Part shown: in pieces, positions 12,299 through 23,799 of the stretch
Layout of the letters: every line of letters starts with the position of its first letter
Position numbering within the stretch: the first letter of the stretch is position 1
Source: Eledone cirrhosa
Taxonomy: Eukaryota
NCBI GenBank assembly: GCA_964016885.1
Contig: OZ024743.1
Span: 63,798,001 to 63,862,000 of the forward strand
Direction of reading: 5' to 3'
DNA length: 64,000 nt
Program-made: the position numbers and the translations under genes
Notes under the pieces: generated by a model
The model's database searches: none
Told to the model about the DNA's origin: nothing
Seen by the model: only the letters and a program-made list of their open reading frames with translations

Positions 12299-12797
12299 TC
12301 TTTTCAACAAACTTCTGTTGGTGATAAGAAGGGCATAACCATAATATTACATCCAATTATCTCTGTTAAAAATACTTAATTAGAGGAACTGTTTTCTAAG
12401 ATGGAACAGAGGACACATTTCATATACATTCCTATCAGTTTTGGCATGGTTTCTACAGCGAGATACTCTTTCTAGTACCAACTACTTTGATTGGTATTAG
12501 AAAGGGTATCTAGCTCAACCTACACTATATTGTTATGATTCAATACAAACATTTATCAAGCCAGTAAAATCTAACCAAAACTATGTCAAAACATGTTATA
12601 TTTGGAAAAATTGAAAGATCTGAAGAAAAAGAAAAAAAAAAGGTTTCATGTATTTGTTCTCATTAGGCAAGATTCCATTCCTTGAAACTTGAATATTTGT
12701 AAATAAATTCTCCAGAAATAAAGTCACACTCTAATTATATTTAGTACCGAATATACTTCCATTTTTTATTGATAAAACATTGAGGAATACAGTTTAC

Positions 12798-13221
12798 TTA
12801 ACCCTTTAGCATATAAACCAGCTGTATCTGACCAGAATTCGCTCATCTTTTTCTGTTCAAACCGGCTGTAGCCGGCTGCTCATACTGATGTTAAGGTATT
12901 ATTCTCAACATAAATAATATCAAAATCTCAGATTCGATATTATGTGAGATAATTATGTGAGGTAAAGCCTTTACCATGAAAATATAATAGTAAATATAGA
13001 GTAATGTAAATGCTAAAGGGTTAACCCTGTAGCATTTAAACTGGCCGTATCTGGCCAGAATTCTCTCACCTCTTTCTGTTCAAAGCAGCTGTAACTGGCC
13101 ACTTGTATTTATGCTAAGGTATTGTTCTCAAAATAAATAATATCAAAATCTCATAGATTTGATATAATGTTAGATAAAAATACAAGTGTATATATAGAGT
13201 AATGTAAATGCTAAAGGTTAA
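12798..13221. mobile_element. Two tandem piggyBac-like MITEs sharing a TTAA site; third truncated copy at 13520-13677
   Basis: TTAA-CCCTTTAGCAT...ATGCTAAAGGG-TTAA (12798-13024), then TTAA-CCCTGTAGCAT...ATGCTAAAGG-TTAA (13021-13221). Confidence 0.8.
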
Positions 13222-13717
13222 ATCCTTTCATTACCAGGAGAGTTACTGCTTATGAGTTTCAAATAATTTCGAAATTTATGAAGACTTTTGAGTGTTTTAG
13301 TAATATAACTAACTTTCTCATAATTAAACTGGTATTTGGAACATAACTTAACGAAGATTCTTAAAATATGGTGGAAGATTTTTAGGTAGATAAACCCTTT
13401 TGTTTCCATATTTCTAATGAAAGACACTGTTTATGTTTCAAATAATCTCTATAAATAATCAAGAACTTGGAGTGATTTAACTAACTTTTTCATAATTAAG
13501 CTGGTGTTTGGAATATAATTTAACCCTTTAGCATTTAAACTGGCTGTATCCGGCCAGAATTCTCTCAGCTCTTTCTGTTCAGACCGGCCATAACTAGCTA
13601 CTCAGACTGATGTTAAGGTATTGTTCTCAAAATAAATATCAAAATATCATACTCGATATTATGTGAGATAAAGCCTTTAGTGTGTTACCTTTTCAACATA
13701 TATATGTGTGTGTGTGT

Positions 13718-13985
13718 AATAATAAAGAAGAAAGACGGTATCACTTGTTCATCCCTATTTATTTTATTATACTTATTTCGAAGACATATGTCATTTGTAT
13801 AATATCTGCCCTACGTGTTTTCTTCCGACAAAAATCCATGCAAGATGTAAATATCCGTTGATATGAGATATTCGTTGATATCCGTTGATATGAGAACACG
13901 TAGGGCAGATGTTATACAAATGAAATACGCATAATAAAATAAATAGGGATGGGAAAATGATACCGTCTTTCTTGTTTATTATTAT
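13718..13985. repeat. Imperfect ~270-bp palindrome, probably a decayed inverted Penelope pseudo-LTR pair
   Basis: aaagacggtatca..atccctatttattttattat / ataataaaataaatagggat..tgataccgtcttt. Right arm has gaaatacgcataataaaa, like the hammerhead 3' half at 55446. Confidence 0.65.
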
Positions 13986-13987
13986 AA

Positions 13988-14095
13988 CCCGCCGAGGTTA
14001 ACTATGCCTTTCATCCTTATGGGGTCGATAAAATAAAGTACCAGTAATACACTGGGTAATTGCTGGCCTTGTACTAAAGTAGAAACAATTATTAT
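13988..14095 (+). mobile_element. SINE 3' fragment
   Basis: gcctttcatcc..ggggtcgataaaataaagtaccagt; related piece at 47812-47890. Confidence 0.55.
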
Positions 14096-14474
14096 AATAA
14101 AACTCCGGATAAACATAAACTGTTGAGTGTTTGTCATCTCTTATGAAAGAGTCGGCAGATTTTCAATCAACCAACTTTCCTTAGTTGAATAAATATATGT
14201 ATGTATATATATATACGTATATTTTCTTTAATATTGCAACATTAAAGGAATATATCCTTCTGAAAGAATCGCGAGCAATTTATAATGTTATTTAAGCATT
14301 GTTAATGTTATTTATGTATATATTTAAAACATATTTGCTATGTTATTCTACTGTAAATTTATTTATATGCTTTGTATATATTATATATACACAAATAATG
14401 AATCTGTATATTAAAACATCGTTTGTATTATTCAATCAGTTTATTGAACAACTAGAATGCTCATCGTCAAGTAC

Positions 14475-15035
14475 TATATATATATATATATATATACATA
14501 TATGTATATATATATATATATGTGTGTGTGTATATGTGTATGTATGAATCTCTCTATGTATATATATATATGTGTGTGTATGTATATATATGTGTGTATG
14601 CATATATGTGTGTGTATGCATGTGTGCGTGTATGTATATATATATATGTGTGTGTGTATGCATATATGTGTGTATGTATATATATATATATGTGTATGCA
14701 TATATGTGTGTGTATGTATATATATATATGTGTGTGTATGCATATATGTGTGTGTGTGTGTGTATGCATATATGTGTGTGTGTATATGTATATATGTGTG
14801 TGTATGTATATATATGTATATATATATATATATGAAGATAAGTTAACGGAGCCATAGAGTTGCGTTATTCCGTGTAAATTATGTGCTCAAAGGGAAAGGA
14901 ATCCTATACATATTGTATATGTATATATATATGCATGTATATATATATGTATATGTGTATATATATGCATGTATATGTGTGTATGTATGTATATATATGA
15001 ATGTATATATATATATATGTATGTGTATATATATA
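14475..15035. repeat. (TA)n/(TG)n compound microsatellite
   Basis: Directly visible. Confidence 0.95.
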
Positions 15036-15059
15036 GATGTAAGCTGAATTTTATAGATG

Positions 15060-15515
15060 TAATCTGAATAGTATGGTAGAATATTAAATGTTAATTTAAC
15101 AAGTACTTTCATGCTTTCGCAATCTTCAAGTTCATATTCTGTGGTGACAGTCAAGTTTGTAATTTTCAACTGTAATGAGATGGGTAAATTTTGTGCCTTA
15201 TATACAGCGAAAAGCGCCTACAGAATGCTAAATTTTGCAAACTGTATTTCGACCAATTGGTGTGTAGTTTCACTGGATTCTGATTGTTTAGGCGTCATGG
15301 TTGGTTGAGCATGTCTAACGACTTCTATTTGGCTCTATCCAAAGCATCAATTGTTTTGCTATTTTTAGAAATGATGTAAATAACATTTTCTAGGGTTTTT
15401 ATACCCCTAAGAATTATTATTGTTCATTTAGCTATGAATCTGAAGATTGCGAAAGCATGAAATTACTTGTTCAATTAACACTTAACACTTAATATTCTAC
15501 CATACTATTTCATTC
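15060..15515. mobile_element. Element bounded by ~75-bp inverted repeats (MITE or decayed inverted pseudo-LTR)
   Basis: aatagtatggtagaatattaa..ttcatgctttcgcaatcttca versus tgaagattgcgaaagcatgaa..ttaatattctaccatactatt. Confidence 0.65.
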
Positions 15516-15779
15516 TAATACCATTATAATTTTAAAGGATTGTAAATAAAACGAGTAAATCAGACAAAGTTGGAATTCCTTTTAATAATATAATCTTCTA
15601 TATACAATCCTACACACCCGTGTATATTTATTTATATATTTATATTAAATTTATCTCCCTGGGGCTTTGTAAAAGTCTGAGAGATTGGCTACATATATGT
15701 TTTATATATTTTTTTGTTTAGATGGAAGACAAAACAAAGAAGATGAATACAAAGATGAAGAAGATAAAGATGAAGAACC

Positions 15780-16130
15780 TCACTGCACAACACCACACTG
15801 CACCACACCGCACTCCACCACACCACATCGCAGTGCACTGCACCACATCACACCACACTTCACCACACCACATAAAAACATACAACACTACACTACTCCA
15901 CACTACATAACACCACAACACAACACCACTACAACACACCACACTACTCCACATAAAAACACACCACACTACTCCACACCACATAACACCACAACACAAC
16001 ACACCACACCACACCTCACTACATCACACCTCACTACATCACACCTCACTACATCAAACCTCACCACATCACACCACACCACATCACACCACATCACACC
16101 ACATAAAAACACACCACACCACATAACACC
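15780..16130. repeat. (CACCA/CACTA)n pentamer tract; similar tracts at 17455-17740 and 18870-19080, (GCCTC)n at 17175-17450
   Basis: Directly visible pentamer periodicity. Confidence 0.9.
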
Positions 16131-16149
16131 CCAAATTTTTTCCTCATCT

Positions 16150-17172
16150 TTTTTTCATGTGTTATCAACTAATCTGATCGCCAAGATGTTTGTTATTGAC
16201 TCTCTCTTCATGGAAAACTTAGGTGGATTCACTTCTCTCATTTAACCCCAGAGTTTTCTCTAAGATTTTTCGTATGTTATCAACGAATATGACCTCCAAA
16301 CCAGTTGGAAATGATTAGTTGTTCTAGAAAAAAGGAGGGGTAAACCAGGTGGAAAAACCATTGTCGTTTTGTAGATATATACCCTAATGATTTTTCTTCG
16401 GTCTCCTTTTGAGTGCTATCAACTAATCTGACCTTTTAGTTGCTATGAATCAATTTTTTTTCCTGGGATTTGGAAACTAAAATTAAATAAAACATAAAAT
16501 TAAATCTAGCCCCAACCCTAAACTCTAAATCTAAACCAAACCAAGCTAAATCTAAATATAAACATTACCCCAACCCTTAAACTAAACCTTAAACTATACC
16601 CCAACCATAAAACTAAACCTTAAACATTACCCCAACCCTAAAACTAAACCCTAAACTTTACCCCAACCCTAAAACTAAACCCTAAACTTTACCCCAACCC
16701 TAAAACTAGACCCTAAACATTACCCCAACCCTAAAACTAAACCCTAAACTTTACCCCAGCCCTAAAACTAAACCCTAAACCTAACCCAGGGAAATAAGTT
16801 GATTAGAAGCATCTAGGAGGTCAGATTAATTAATAGCACAAGAAATAGCATAGGAAATAGCATAGGAAATAGCATAGGAAATAGCATAGGAAATAGCACA
16901 GGAAATATACCGAAAATGATTAACTCCATCAACATGAGTGGGGTGTAGATCTGCAAACCTCTTCCCCTCTCCCTCTCCTCTTTCTCCAAAGCTAGTTGTT
17001 TTTGACTGGTTTGGAAGTCATATTCACTGATAACGCATGAAAATAGAATCAAAGAGAAAATTCCGAGTAAGCAGGGGTTATCCGGGTGAAGGGGGAACCA
17101 CCTCACCCCGCCGTTTTCCTGGGGGAAAAAGTCAGTTTCAAGCATTTTGGAGATTGGATTAGTTGATAGCAC
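16150..17172. repeat. Foldback structure: diverged ~300-bp inverted arms around a 30-bp telomere-like minisatellite
   Basis: atgtgttatcaactaatctgatc..aatatgacctccaaaccagt versus actggtttggaagtcatatt..gattagttgatagcacat; core (ccccaaccctaaaactaaaccctaaacttta)n at ~16560-16790. Confidence 0.7.
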
Positions 17173-18587
17173 ATCTCGTCTCGCCTCGCCTCGCAAAGCA
17201 TCGCCTCTCCTCGCCTCGCCTCGCCACGCCTTGCCTCGCCTCGCTTCGCCTCGCCACGCCTTGCCTCGCCTTGCCTTGCCTCGCCACGCCTTGCCTCGCC
17301 ACGCCTTGCCTCGCCACGCCTCGCCTCGCCACGCCTCGCCACGCCTCGCCTCGCCTCGCAAAGCCTCGCCTCGCCTCGCAAAGCCTTACCTTGCAAAGCC
17401 TCGCCACGCCTCGCTTTGCAAAGCCTCCCAAAGCCTCGCCTCGCAAAGCCTAGCATCACATTGCATCGCATCGCATCGCATTTCATCACATCACATCACA
17501 TCACATGCCATCACACCACATGCTACCACACTACATCCCACCACACTCCACTACACCATATCCCCCACCCTACATTGAACCACACTCCACTACACCACAC
17601 CACTGTCCATTACACTAAACCACACTCCACTACACTACATCACTCCACTACACTACACCACTCCACTACACTACACCTCACTCTACTACACTACACCACT
17701 GTCCACTACACTAAATCACACTCCACTACACTACACCAGTTACAGTAAGAGAAAGAAAGTTATTTCAAAGGATCTGAGTAAGTAAACACTTCATTGACCA
17801 TCATTTTAAGCAGAATCTCAGTGTAGTTTTAAATTGACCTTTTCATATGATTACACCTCAGTCTTAACTCACCTGTAGATGGATGCTACATGTAATGTTA
17901 AAATTAGTTAAACACTGCTTCCCCCTTCTCATCACATGTAGATGCTACATGTGTATTGTTAACATTAATCTAACGTGTGACTCCCCCCCCCCCGCCTCAC
18001 CATATCATACCACACCACATCACACCATGTTGTACCACACCAGACCACATAACACCATGCTATACCATATATATATGAGCTCCCCACTCGTTATATTAAC
18101 TGTATCTCCTCGGTGTTTCGTGAAAGTCTGAGAGATCAGCTATGTATTTGTTTACAATTTTTTTTTATATTTAGATGGAAAAGAAGAAAAAGACGACGAA
18201 GCAGACGACTAAAATGAAAATGACAACAAAGACAAAGAGGACACGGGAAATGAAGATGACGAAAAGAAGAAAGTATGATCTCAGTTCAGTTTAAACCTAA
18301 TGATTTATAGATATGATCTTAGTTCAGTCTTAACCTAATGACCTGTAGATACGATCTATTTAGGTTTAACTTAAACATTCAAAGATATCTGTATATACTT
18401 TTGTTGATGTTTGACATTGTTTTTTAGTTATGAAATAGCTTATAAGCTACATTATAGGATCACAGTGCATGAGCACACTGCTCTTTAAATTAACTTTATC
18501 TCCTCAGCACTTTGTAAAGTCTGAGAGATAGGCAACATATATGTTTTACATTCTTTGTTTTTGATATTTAGATGGCAGAGGAGAAGA

Positions 18588-18785
18588 TAAAGGCACAGAA
18601 GAAGTCAAAGGCACAGAAGAAGTCAAAGGCACAGAAGAAGTCAAAGGCACAGAAGAAGTCAAAGGCACAGAAGTCAAAGGCACAGAAGAAGTCAAAGGCA
18701 CAGAAGAAGTCAAAGGCACAGAAGAAGTCAAAGGCACAGAAGAAGTCAAAGGCACAGAAGAAAACAAAGGCACAGAAGAAGACAA
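18588..18785 (+). repeat. 18-bp tandem repeat (aaaggcacagaagaagtc), ~11 copies
   Basis: Directly visible; reads KAQKKS or GTEEVK depending on frame. Confidence 0.95.
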
Positions 18786-19092
18786 AGAAAATGAACAAGA
18801 AGAACAATTATTATTGCTATTATTATTGTTATTATTATTGTTATTATTATTTGTATTATTATAATCAAACTAAGCCACACTACATCAACCTATACCATAC
18901 CACACCACACTGACAAACATTATACCATACCACATTATCCAACACCACACTACGAAACACTGTACGACCTCACATCAGACCATTCTATGAAACAATATAC
19001 CATACTACACTATACAACAATAGACAACACCACACAAGACTATGAAACACTATACTTTACCACACTATATCACACCACTCAAGTTAGAGAGG

Positions 19093-22000
19093 ATCAACTT
19101 TTTTCCTGGAAAGTAGAAAACCGAACATTAAAAATAACACTTACCCTAACACATGCACTCACACATGCTCTAACAGTGAACTTAGCGCTAACATGAAAAC
19201 TAACACAAACACAAAATCTGAAAACTAACATTAAATAGAAAACTAACACAAACACTAACCTGAACACTAACACTAAAACTGACACTAACACTAACCTGAA
19301 CACCAACACTAAAACCAACACTACCGTAAACACTAATACAAACACTAACACTAACCTGAACACTTACACTAAAACTAACATTAGCACAAACATTAGCCTG
19401 AACATTAGCACTAAAACTAACACTACCATAAACATTAACACTGACGTGAGCACTAACACTAAAAGTAACACTAACACAAACACTAATCTGAAAACTGATA
19501 CTAACCAGAAAACTAAGCTAACATTAACTTCAACACTAAAACAAACACTAACGCTAACAGAGATACTAACACAAATATTAACACAAAAACAAACACTAAC
19601 ACAATCTCTAACACTAACCTCAACACTAACACTAACACTAAAACTAACATTAACTTGAACACTAACTCTAACCTGAAAACTAAGCTAACATTAACCTGAA
19701 CACTAACATAAACACTAATGTTAACACTAACAGAAATACTAAAGACTAACGCTAACACAATCACTAACACTAATGGAAACATCAAACACTAATGCTAACA
19801 GAGATACTAACACAAATATTAACACAAAAACAAATACTAACACTAACCTTAACACTAAAACTAACACTAACACTAACCTGAACACTTACACTAACACAAA
19901 TATTAACAAAAAAACAAACACTAACACAATCTCTAACACTAACCTCAACACTAACACTAAAACTGACACTAACACTAACCTGAACACCAACACTAAAACT
20001 AACACTACCGTAAACACTAATACAAACACTAACACTAACCTGAACACTTACACTAAAACTAACATTAGCACAAACATTAGCCTGAACATTAGCACTAAAA
20101 CTAACACTACCATAAACATTAACACTGACGTGAGCACTAACACTAAAAGTAACACTAACACAAACACTAATCTGAAAACTGATACTAACCAGAAAACTAA
20201 GCTAACATTAACTTCAACACTAAAACAAACACTAACGCTAACAGAGATACTAACACAAATATTAACACAAAAACAAACACTAACACAATCTCTAACACTA
20301 ACCTCAACACTAACACTAAAACTAACATTAACTTGAACACTAACTCTAACCTGAAAACTAAGCTAACATTAACCTGAACACTAACATAAACACTAATGTT
20401 AACACTAACAGAAATACTAAAGACTAACGCTAACACAATCACTAACACTAATGGAAACATCAAACACTAATGCTAACAGAGATACTAACACAAATATTAA
20501 CACAAAAACAAATACTAACACTAACCTTAACACTAAAACTAACACTAACACTAACCTGAACACTTACACTAACACAAATATTAACAAAAAAACAAACACT
20601 AACACAATCTCTAACACTAACCTCAACACTGACACTAAAACTAACATTAACTTGAACACTAACTCTAACCTGAAAACTCAGCTAACATTAACCTGAATGC
20701 TAACACTAACAGAAATACTAATGCTAACATGAACGCTAACCTTAACACAAAGACTAACGCTAACACAATCACTAACACTAATGGAAACATCAAACACTAA
20801 TGCTAACAGAGATACTAACACAAATATTAACACAAAAACAAATACTAACACTAACACAATCTCTAACACTAACCTTAACACTAAAACTAACATTAACTTG
20901 AACACTAACACTAACCTGAACACTTACACTAAAACTATCACTAACAGAGATAATAACACATATTAACACAAAAACAAACACTAACACTAACACAATCTCT
21001 AACACTAACCTTAACACTAAAACTAACATTAACTTGAACACTAACATTAACCCTGAACACTAACACTACCGTAAACACTAATACAAACACTAACACTAAC
21101 CTGAACACTTACACTAAAACTAACATTAGCACAAACATTAGCCTGAACACTAGCACTAAAACTAACACTACCATAAACATTAACACTGACGTGAGCACTA
21201 ACACTAAAAGTAACACTAACACTAATCTGAAAACTGATATTAACCAGAAAACTAAGCTAACATTAACTTCAACACTAAAACAAACACTAACGCTAACAGA
21301 GATACTAACACAAATATTAACACAAAAACAAACACTAACACAATCTCTAACACTAACCTCAACACTAACACTAAAACTAACATTAACTTGAACACTAACA
21401 CTAACCTGAAAACTAAGCTAACATTAACCTGAACACTAACACAAACACTCATGCTAACACTAACAGAAATACTAATGCGAACATTAACACAAAAACAAAG
21501 ACTAACGCTAACACTAATGGAAACATCAATCACTAATGCTAACACAGATACTAACACAAATATTAACACAAAAACAAACACTAACCTTAACACTAAAACT
21601 AACATTAACACTTACACTAAAACTAACACTACCATAAACAGTAACACAAACACTAACACTGATCTGAGCACTAACAGTAACACTAACACGACCATGAAAA
21701 CTAACACAAAAAAAACACTAACACTAACACTGATACAAACCAGAAAACTAAGCTAACATTAACCTCAACACTAAAACAAACACTAACATTAACAGAAAAA
21801 CAAAGACTAGCACTAACACAAATATAAACACAAAATAAAACAGTAACACTAATGGAAAAAATAACACTAACACTAAAACTAACACTACCGTAAACACTAA
21901 CACTAACATGAGCACTAACTCTAAAACTGACATTAACACGAACATTAACCTGAACACTAACACAAACACTAACACTAACAAAAATGCTAACACTAATACA

Positions 22001-23720
22001 AAATCAAACACTAACACTAATACTAATGGAAATACTAACGCCAACGCTGATACTGACGAAGATGGCTATGCTGGCACAAACGCTAGCGCAAATGTTGACA
22101 CAATCGCTTACGCTGACACAAATGCTCACGCTGATATAAAAAAAGCAAATGCAGACACAGAGGCAGATGTTAAAGCAAACGCAAATGCTGACGCAAACGA
22201 TGACAGCGATGCTAAAGTGAACCTTAACGCAGACGTAAACATTGACGTAGAAGCTAAAGGAAACACTGATGCAAACACTAATGAAAATGCTGACGCAAAC
22301 GCTAACACACATTAACACAGATGCTAACGTAAACACTGACGCAGATGCTAATATAAACACTGACGCAGACGCTAACATAAACGCTGACACATGCTAACAC
22401 ACGTTGACACAGACGCAAATGTAAACGCTGATGCTGATGTAGATGTAAATACAGACGGTGACGTAGAAGCTAACACAAACGCTGACACAGACACTAATGT
22501 AAGCGCTGACGTAGAAGCTAATGTAGATGCTGACGTAGAAGATAACGTAAACGATGACGTAGATGTTAACGTAGACGCTGATGTAGAAGCTAACGTAGAT
22601 GCTGACGTAGAAGCTAACGTAAACGCTGACGTAGAAGCTAACAAAACGCTGACATAGTTGTTACGTAGAAGCAGGCGTAGAAGTTAGCGTTTACCCTTAC
22701 CGCCGAAGCTGATCTCCAAAACGCAATTGCTGATGCGGATTGCTGAAGCCAAAGCCAAGCTAACGCTGACGCAAATGTTGAGGCAGTTTTGCCGGCGCTG
22801 ACGTGTATGCTGACGCTAACGCAAATGCTGATGCGGACGCTAGGGCTAACGCTAACACTGAGGCAAATGCTGAAGTTAACGCTTACATGGGATATGCAGA
22901 CGCTGCAATGATGCGGAGGATGCCACAGGAAAGGTTGATGGAAACGCCAATGCTAACGGAAAACGCTGACGTAGACGTTACGGAAACGCTGACGTAGAAG
23001 CTAACGTAAATGCTGACACAGACGCTAACGTAAACACTGACGTTAACTGAAACGCTGACGCTGACACAGACGCGGTTGGAAACGCTGACGTAGAAGCTAA
23101 CGTACACGCTGACACAGACGCTAACAGAAATGCTGACAAAGACGTTAAAGGAAACACTGTCGCTAATGCTAATGTGAATGCTGATGCAAATGCTAACCCC
23201 TACACAAATGTAAACGCTGATGCTAACACTGACTCAAACACTAATGCAAATGCTGACGTGCACGCTGATGCAAACGCTGACACTGACACAAGTGCTGACG
23301 TTGACGCTAATGATAATGCTGACTCAGAAGCTGACGTAGACGCAGGCACTGAAACAAACACTAATGCTAACACTAATGTTGACTCAGACGCTAAGGGAAA
23401 TGCTGACACAATCACTATCACCAGTGCAGACGCTGACGCAAATACTGACATAGATGCTGACACTTACGCAAACACTAAGGCTAATCCAAACACTAACACG
23501 ATGCTAACACCAGTCTACATAGACACTAACACAAAAGCTTACATAGACATTTATGCAAATGCTAACGCTGATGCAGACAGTAACGCAAACAGTAACTGTA
23601 AGAGTAACAGTGACAGTAATGCTAACAGTAACACAGTCACTAACAATAAACTTACCATTAACAGTAAAACTTACCCTAACACTAACCCTAAATCTAACAT
23701 TAACCCAGAGAAAAAAGTCA
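19093..23720. repeat. 4.6-kb hexamer-based array (TAACAC grading into TGACGC-like units) with ~684-bp higher-order duplication
   Basis: Hexamer periodicity throughout; anchor gacgtgagcactaac recurs at ~19443, 20127 and 21188. Confidence 0.9.
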
Positions 23721-23799
23721 TTTGCAATCACATTTAAGGTCACTCTTTAAGATAGAGAAGATAGGCATTACATTTTAATGATTTTAATTTAAAGAGAAT

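Noticed and set aside
14436-14857. YI/HT/CV-rich ORFs here and at 9.7-11, 41, 52 and 57-58.6 kb
   Set aside because: Translations of dinucleotide microsatellites.
16560-16790. Telomere or interstitial telomeric site
   Set aside because: A 30-bp minisatellite containing aaccct, not pure (TAACCC)n, and internal to a foldback repeat.
16813-17748. RGEAR / LASPR / His-Thr-rich ORFs
   Set aside because: Open in several frames on both strands because of pentamer repeats; no coding evidence.
18808-18865. Poly-Leu transmembrane-like tail after GTEEVK repeats
   Set aside because: Product of a (TTA)n microsatellite; not supportable without transcripts.
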